Part shown: in pieces, positions 53,896 through 64,000 of the stretch | How positions within the stretch are numbered: the stretch's first letter is position 1 | Layout of the letters: each line of letters opens with the position of its first letter | DNA from: the human T2T-CHM13v2.0 reference genome, Homo sapiens | NCBI RefSeq assembly: GCF_009914755.1 | Contig: NC_060926.1 | Length of the DNA: 64,000 bases | Direction: 5' to 3' (one strand) | Notes under the pieces: generated by a model | The model's input: only the letters and a program-made list of their open reading frames with translations | The model's database searches: none | What the model was told of the DNA's origin: nothing | Made by a program: the position numbers and the translations under genes

Positions 53896-54416
53896 CTATG
53901 CTCCTCCAGGCCAGGGAGGCCCCACCCAGAAGGGGTGCCTCTTTGGGGCTCATTCCTGTACCTACCAACAGCCTGACCCCTTGCTCCTGTTCAGCTGCCC
54001 CTGAGGGCAGGGCCTGGCAAGAAGGTAAAGGGTGAGGTAGGGGTGGGGCTGGCTGCTCAGGGACCACCTGGAACTACCGGCTAGAGCCACAGGGCTTACA
54101 GGAAGGGGATCTGCCCCAGGGCATTTGAATAGCCAGCACAATTACCCCCAAGGTCCTCTGCTATCAGCAACAGATACAAACCAGATAGATCATTTACTGA
54201 GTTTTGACAAAAACAACTATAACAAATGAAAAAAATAAAATAAAAATAAAAGCAAAACAATTGCTGGAATTGATTTTTTCCTGTGTTTTTTTTAAAAAAA
54301 GTTCTTCGTGCAGGAAAAAATAAAAGTAACTTCCCCACCAAACACACTCACAAATTCTAGAAAAACACATTCTAAACTGGAAAATAGGTATCTTGGGGTT
54401 GTGGGATTACAGGTGA

Positions 54417-55139
<723 letters not shown>

Positions 55140-55420
55140 CAAAAACACTTTTAAAAATAAAAGTTTTTTAAAAACGGAAAGAAAAACAGATCTTAGGAAT
55201 GATCCTCTGTGTGCCTTTTGCAGAAGGGCCCTTGGCAGCTGCTGGTTGCAGGATGTGAGGTGTGGGCATGAGGGTCACACACCCTGCGTAGGAGCCCAAG
55301 GCTTTTCCTGGATCGCAGTCACTCCCTCCGCCTCGCTGGTCTCTGCTGCAGTTGGCCTTTGTGGTTGGCTGACATTCTAGTTGGTTAACATGTGCGTTTG
55401 TTTGGATGTTCTGTCCTCAG

Positions 55421-55571
55421 GCATCCGAAGGCGTCTCCATGAGGTTCTTCACCAAGCTGGACCAGCTCATCGAGTTTTACAAGAAGGAAAACATGGGGCT
55501 GGTGACCCATCTGCAATACCCTGTGCCGCTGGAGGAAGAGGACACAGGCGACGACCCTGAGGAGGACACAG
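55421..55571 (+). CDS. INPP5D: INPP5D exon 3 (151 nt, phase 0 to 1), end of SH2 plus acidic linker: ASEGVSMRFF...EEEDTGDDPEEDT
   Basis: Acceptor gttctgtcctcag ends at 55420; donor CAG|gtaggg at 55572. 50 codons + 1 nt, in frame with exon 2. Confidence 0.97.
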
Positions 55572-55834
55572 GTAGGGAGGGAGGGACAGGACGGCAGGAG
55601 GTACTTTTGGGAACTTGCCCTGCACCCACCTTGAGTGCTTGTAGACTAGGTGAGTCCTATTATCAGAGGGAGATTGTTGGCGTGGGGGTTAAGGACAAGT
55701 TAGGAACACAGGCTCTCCGGTCAGGCAGACATGGGTTAAAATTCCTCCTCCCCAGCTTATTAGCCAGGTGACCTTGGGGAAATTACCTGACCTCTCTGAA
55801 TCACAGACTTCTCTTTAAAGAGACAGTAAAATAA

Positions 55835-56784
<950 letters not shown>

Positions 56785-56929
56785 TTATACAGTCCCTAAA
56801 AAGTGTGTGAGACTAAGGGTGCCCTTTACAGCATAGGGACAAAGACCAATAGAGCAACAGTCAGATGGAGAAAGTCTTGCAGAGAAGGAGCTTACCTGGG
56901 GATGCCCCACTTTTCCCCTCAAGGATTTA

Positions 56930-57430
56930 CTGAGAATATACCTAAGGAAATAGAAATCATTTTGTTACAAAGACACATATGTGTATGTTCATTGCAGCAC
57001 TATTTGCAATAGCAAAGACATGGAATCAGCCTAAATGCCCATCAGTGATGACTGGATAAAGAAAATGTTGTATATATACACCATGGAATACTATGCAGCC
57101 AGTAAAAAGAATGAGATCATGTCCTTTGCAGGAACATGGATGGAGCTGGAGGTCATTATCCTTAGCAAACTAACACAAGAACAGAAAACCAAATACCACG
57201 TGTTCTCACTTAAGTGGGAGATAAATGATGAAAACACATGGACACAAAGAGGGGAACAGCACACACTGGAGCCTACCTGAGGGGGTGGGAGGAGGGACAG
57301 GATCAGAAATAACTATTGGGTACTAGGCTTAATACCAGGATGATGAAATAATCTGTACAACAAACCCCATGACATAAGTTTACTTATGTAACAAACCTGC
57401 ACAGGTACCCCTGAACTTAAAATACAAGTT
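56930..57430 (+). mobile_element. L1PA (old primate, about PA13-16) 3' end
   Basis: ORF 57035..57280 WIKKMLYIYTMEYYAASKKNEIMSFAGTWMELEVIILSK is the L1 ORF2 C-terminus; typical 3' UTR follows. Confidence 0.9.
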
Positions 57431-59059
57431 TTTTTTTTTTTTTAAAGGCTTATTTCCTAAAAGAAAACCATGAGATACCTAACCGGGCCCCTCAGTTGGC
57501 CAGGGCTCTTCCTGAATTCCAGCAGGTGGAGACTACCAGGTCCCCCAGGCTCTCCCCGAAGAGAGGAGAGATTTGTCCACAGACGCTGAGACCCTTGCCT
57601 GGCTCCTGCCTGTTCTGGGGGCTTGCTGCAGGCATCCTTTTTCTCCCTCACCTGTGGGCTGGCTTGTGGGCCACCAGGGCCCCCTGCTCCCTCCCACCCT
57701 CATGGAAACACACTTTTCATGGTTGTGCAGCTGTTCGTTTCCAAAAGGACCGCAGCTCCATGGAGGCTGAAAGGGTCCCAGGCAGGCCCTGTCCCTTTTG
57801 GCCTCCCTGGTCTGAGTGAGCACTGCCCTCTGGAATCAGGAAGGTCAGGCTGTGGAAGAACTAGGGCTGACCTGTCCCATTGTGAGCCCAAGGTCACTCA
57901 CCAGCACCGCGCCCTGGCTGCACCTGAACAGCTGCCCCCAGGCGCCCAGGGCCATGCTGAGAAGCTGTTCTGCAGAAACGCCCTCCACACTAAACACCCT
58001 CACTCCCCTCGGGCTGCCCATCCCAGCTAGTTGGGCCCCTCTGGGCATGGCTGTCTGGAGGAAGATCCCGACAAGTTTCTGTGAGGGCTGAAAAAAGAAC
58101 CTCAGTCTCATGACTGCTGGCTTCACTTCCGCAAACGAGGTCGCCCAGTTGTCGGCTCGAACCAGAGCAATGCGACATGAGGCCCGCGCAGTCCAAGAGG
58201 TCTGTTTGGGCCCAGGGCCTCTTGAGGCACCGCCAGACCGTGGAGCTCGAAGCAGACTCCTAGTTGTCTTCAGAACCCCAGACAGAGGAAGTGAAGGGCC
58301 TGTTCTCTAAAGAGGAGGTCCCCCGGGGCCCACTGTGGTTGGGCCAGAGGCAGCCGCTCTGTGTGGGAAGAGGCTCAGACAGAGCTCTGGACCCTCCATT
58401 CGTGTACGTACAGAATGAACCTTCTCCTAAAGGCGATGGGTGGGCTCCCACCTCCCAGGCCAAGTTCAAGTCATTTGTTGAATGTCTCTGAGTGAAGGGA
58501 ACCCCCTCGCTTTCTTTTATGTGTTTCTGAGAGTCTGGGGGAGGAGAGAAGGAAGGACAGAGGCTGGAGAGAGGGGACCAGGGAGAGAGGGAGAGGGGCA
58601 GTGTGGCTAGGCCTGCCTGTCTCCTTACCCCTGGTCCCCTTCCATGGTTTTGGCCTATTCTGGGAACTGGGCCTCTGCCTAGCCCAGGGCTCAGCCATCA
58701 TGAGACAGGTGTCTCAGCCCCTGAAAGTCTGAGAGCCAGACTCATCCTGCTCACCTGCCTGCTGCTGTGGGCTTAGTCCATCCAAGGTCAGCAGCCCTGC
58801 AGGCCTTCCAGACCCTCCATGGAGCAAGGCCTTTTGGCCCTGGCAGGTGTTTGCTGATGGCCACAGTGGGGCAGACACTGCACTAGCCAGGGCCCTGTGG
58901 CAGGAGGCTCTCCCTCCAGGAGGGAGTCAGCGAGGGACACGGGGACGCAGATGGAGATCAATAACGTGGGTGTCGTGGCCTGGACCCCATGGGGCTGCGG
59001 TGAAGGCCGGGTTGTGTGCACAGTGTCCTCACCAATGGCCTTCCTGCTGTTCTCTCCAG

Positions 59060-59234
59060 TAGAAAGTGTCGTGTCTCCACCCGAGCTGCCCCCAAGAAAC
59101 ATCCCGCTGACTGCCAGCTCCTGTGAGGCCAAGGAGGTTCCTTTTTCAAACGAGAATCCCCGAGCGACCGAGACCAGCCGGCCGAGCCTCTCCGAGACAT
59201 TGTTCCAGCGACTGCAAAGCATGGACACCAGTGG
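59060..59234 (+). CDS. INPP5D: INPP5D exon 4 (175 nt, or 172 nt with the distal acceptor): (V)ESVVSPPELPPRNIPL...LQSMDTS(G)
   Basis: Acceptor ttctctcCAG|TAG; donor GG|gtgagt at 59235. In frame with exon 3 (ORF 58897..59238). Confidence 0.97.
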
Positions 59235-59952
59235 GTGAGTCCCCACTCAAGTCCAGCTGGGCCTTCATCTGCAGTGAGCCCAGCCAGGGCAGGGCTGGAT
59301 GGCTTGGGTTTCGATCCTAGTTATGGGCCTGGTGACCAGAGGGAGATGGGGAGGTCTCCAGAGAAGAGTGCTTGTCATCTTGCACCCCAGAGGCCTTTGC
59401 ACCATTGGCTTCAAGAAGGCCAGGGGCATGGGCCTTAACAGGAAAAGTGCTCCACGGGGGTGGGGGAGCACTCCGTCTCCAGGCACGGCCCGGCATAGTG
59501 TGGGCACTCACTGGATATGTGCTACATTAATTAATAAGTTAGTACCTGGTAATCTCCATGCCTTAGTAAATATAACTTTTTGTTTCTTTGTGAGAAACGC
59601 TCCATTGCCCCCCAAAGAAATCCTAATGACAGGGCTGAAGCCGCATTTCCAACTTGAAGGATCCATCTGAGGCTGCCAGGGCTGCCCTCCTCCTACTCTC
59701 TCACTTGGCAAAATATGAAGTAGATGCCGATGGGACACATACGCCACCGGGTTGCTATGATACTTGGCGTGTTCCTATTTCCACCTGGACATACCCATTG
59801 GTTCTTCCCTGGGCTCTCCAGCCTGAATTCTGTGCACGCTCCTTGATTTATTTGTGCTATTTATCAAATAGCCGAATATCCAGTGTTGCTACTATGTTGA
59901 TTGTCTCTATATATGTGTCTAAATAACAGATGCTTTGAAAGTATTCCACATA

Positions 59953-61222
<1,270 letters not shown>

Positions 61223-61325
61223 TACCACAAACATTTTAACAAATAGAACTGCCTGTAATACAGACTCACGGTATCAAAGTCACAAGGCAATAGTAATAAG
61301 ACCTGTTAAGATACATATTTTAATA

Positions 61326-61638
61326 CAGGGGTCCCCAACCTGTGGACTATTAGGAACTGGGTGGCAGCAGGAGGTGAGCGGAGGGCAAGCGAGCATTACC
61401 ACCTGAGCTCTGCCTCCTGTCAGATCAGCGGTGGCATTAGATTCTCATGAGTGTGAACCCGGTTGTGAACTGTGCACTTGAGGGATCTAGGCTGCACGCC
61501 CCTTAGGAGAATCTAACTAACGCCTGATGATCTGAGATGGAGCAGTTTCCTCCCACAACCATCCCCCCACCACCCATCCGTGGAATAATTGTCTTCCACA
61601 AAACCGGTCCCTTGTGCCAAAAAGGTTGGGGACCACTG
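61326..61638 (+). mobile_element. MER1B-like hAT-Charlie MITE
   Basis: TIRs caggggtccccaacc / ggttggggaccactg; 8-bp TSD ttttaata (extra T on the right). Confidence 0.88.
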
Positions 61639-61678
61639 TTTTTAATACTATAGAAGAGATGTTTGTCCCTTTTAGTAA

Positions 61679-63509
<1,831 letters not shown>

Positions 63510-63822
63510 TTGGTCTCCTTTTTAAAGTATAATCATTTCCCAGACCCCCAGCCAAAACCACTTCCTCCCAGCAGCACCCAAAGGAGCTCATTGAGAGGCA
63601 CCTTTTCCTGCTGGGCCACTTCTTCTTGCTCTGACCTGCTAATCTACCCCATCAGTGAGACCACGGGAACCTTCGTCCAGGTTTGCAAACATTCTTCTGA
63701 AGGACGGTGTCCCCTTGGAGGCTCTGAGGATGAGGATTTGTTATTGTGGTTGCTGTTCCCATTGGTGATGGTGGCTAAAAGAAACAGGCAAGCATAGTTT
63801 GTTTCTTTTTTCTTTTCTTTAG

Positions 63823-63963
63823 GCTTCCAGAAGAGCATCTTAAGGCCATCCAAGATTATTTAAGCACTCAGCTCGCCCAGGACTCTGAATTTGTGAAGAC
63901 AGGGTCCAGCAGTCTTCCTCACCTGAAGAAACTGACCACACTGCTCTGCAAGGAGCTCTATGG
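63823..63963 (+). CDS. INPP5D: INPP5D exon 5 (141 nt, phase 2 to 2): (G)LPEEHLKAIQDYLSTQLAQDSEFVKTGSSSLPHLKKLTTLLCKELY(G)
   Basis: Strong pyrimidine tract tttcttttttcttttctttag ends at 63822; donor GG|gtaatg at 63964. Manual translation continues the SHIP1 sequence. Confidence 0.96.
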
Positions 63964-64000
63964 GTAATGGCTGGCCCACGGGGGCGGGCAGGTGGGGGCG

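Noticed and set aside
55406-55420. In-frame ATG just upstream of exon 3 (MFCPQ-ASEG)
   Set aside because: It lies inside the acceptor tract, has a weak Kozak context, and there is no sign of a promoter.
57035-57280. ORF resembling a retroelement protein
   Set aside because: It is the truncated, dead C-terminus of L1 ORF2, not a gene.
63964-64000. s-SHIP/SIP-110 internal promoter in intron 5
   Set aside because: Only 37 nt of intron 5 are in the window, so it cannot be supported here.

Overview
Human (primate) genomic DNA from the 5' half of INPP5D (SHIP1, SH2-containing inositol 5-phosphatase), + strand. The window holds the end of intron 1, coding exons 2-5 (12616-12679, 55421-55571, 59060-59234, 63823-63963), a 42.7-kb intron 2 and the start of intron 5. 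The exons have canonical AG/GT boundaries and join in frame. They encode about residues 45-222: the C-terminal half of the SH2 domain and the following region. The rest is intronic and dense in repeats: about 45 Alu copies, old L1/L2/MIR fragments, THE1/MLT/LTR16/LTR33-type LTRs, MER DNA transposons and microsatellites. Nearly all ORFs in the supplied track are Alu or low-complexity artefacts. I found no new biological system. The best leads are splice-level: an in-frame stop-free alternative donor 78 nt after exon 3, a NAGNAG acceptor at exon 4, and recursive-splice-like sites in mid intron 2. There are also several local duplications and unusual insertion structures. Repeat subfamily names and exon/residue numbering come from recalled sequences and should be confirmed with RepeatMasker/BLAT.
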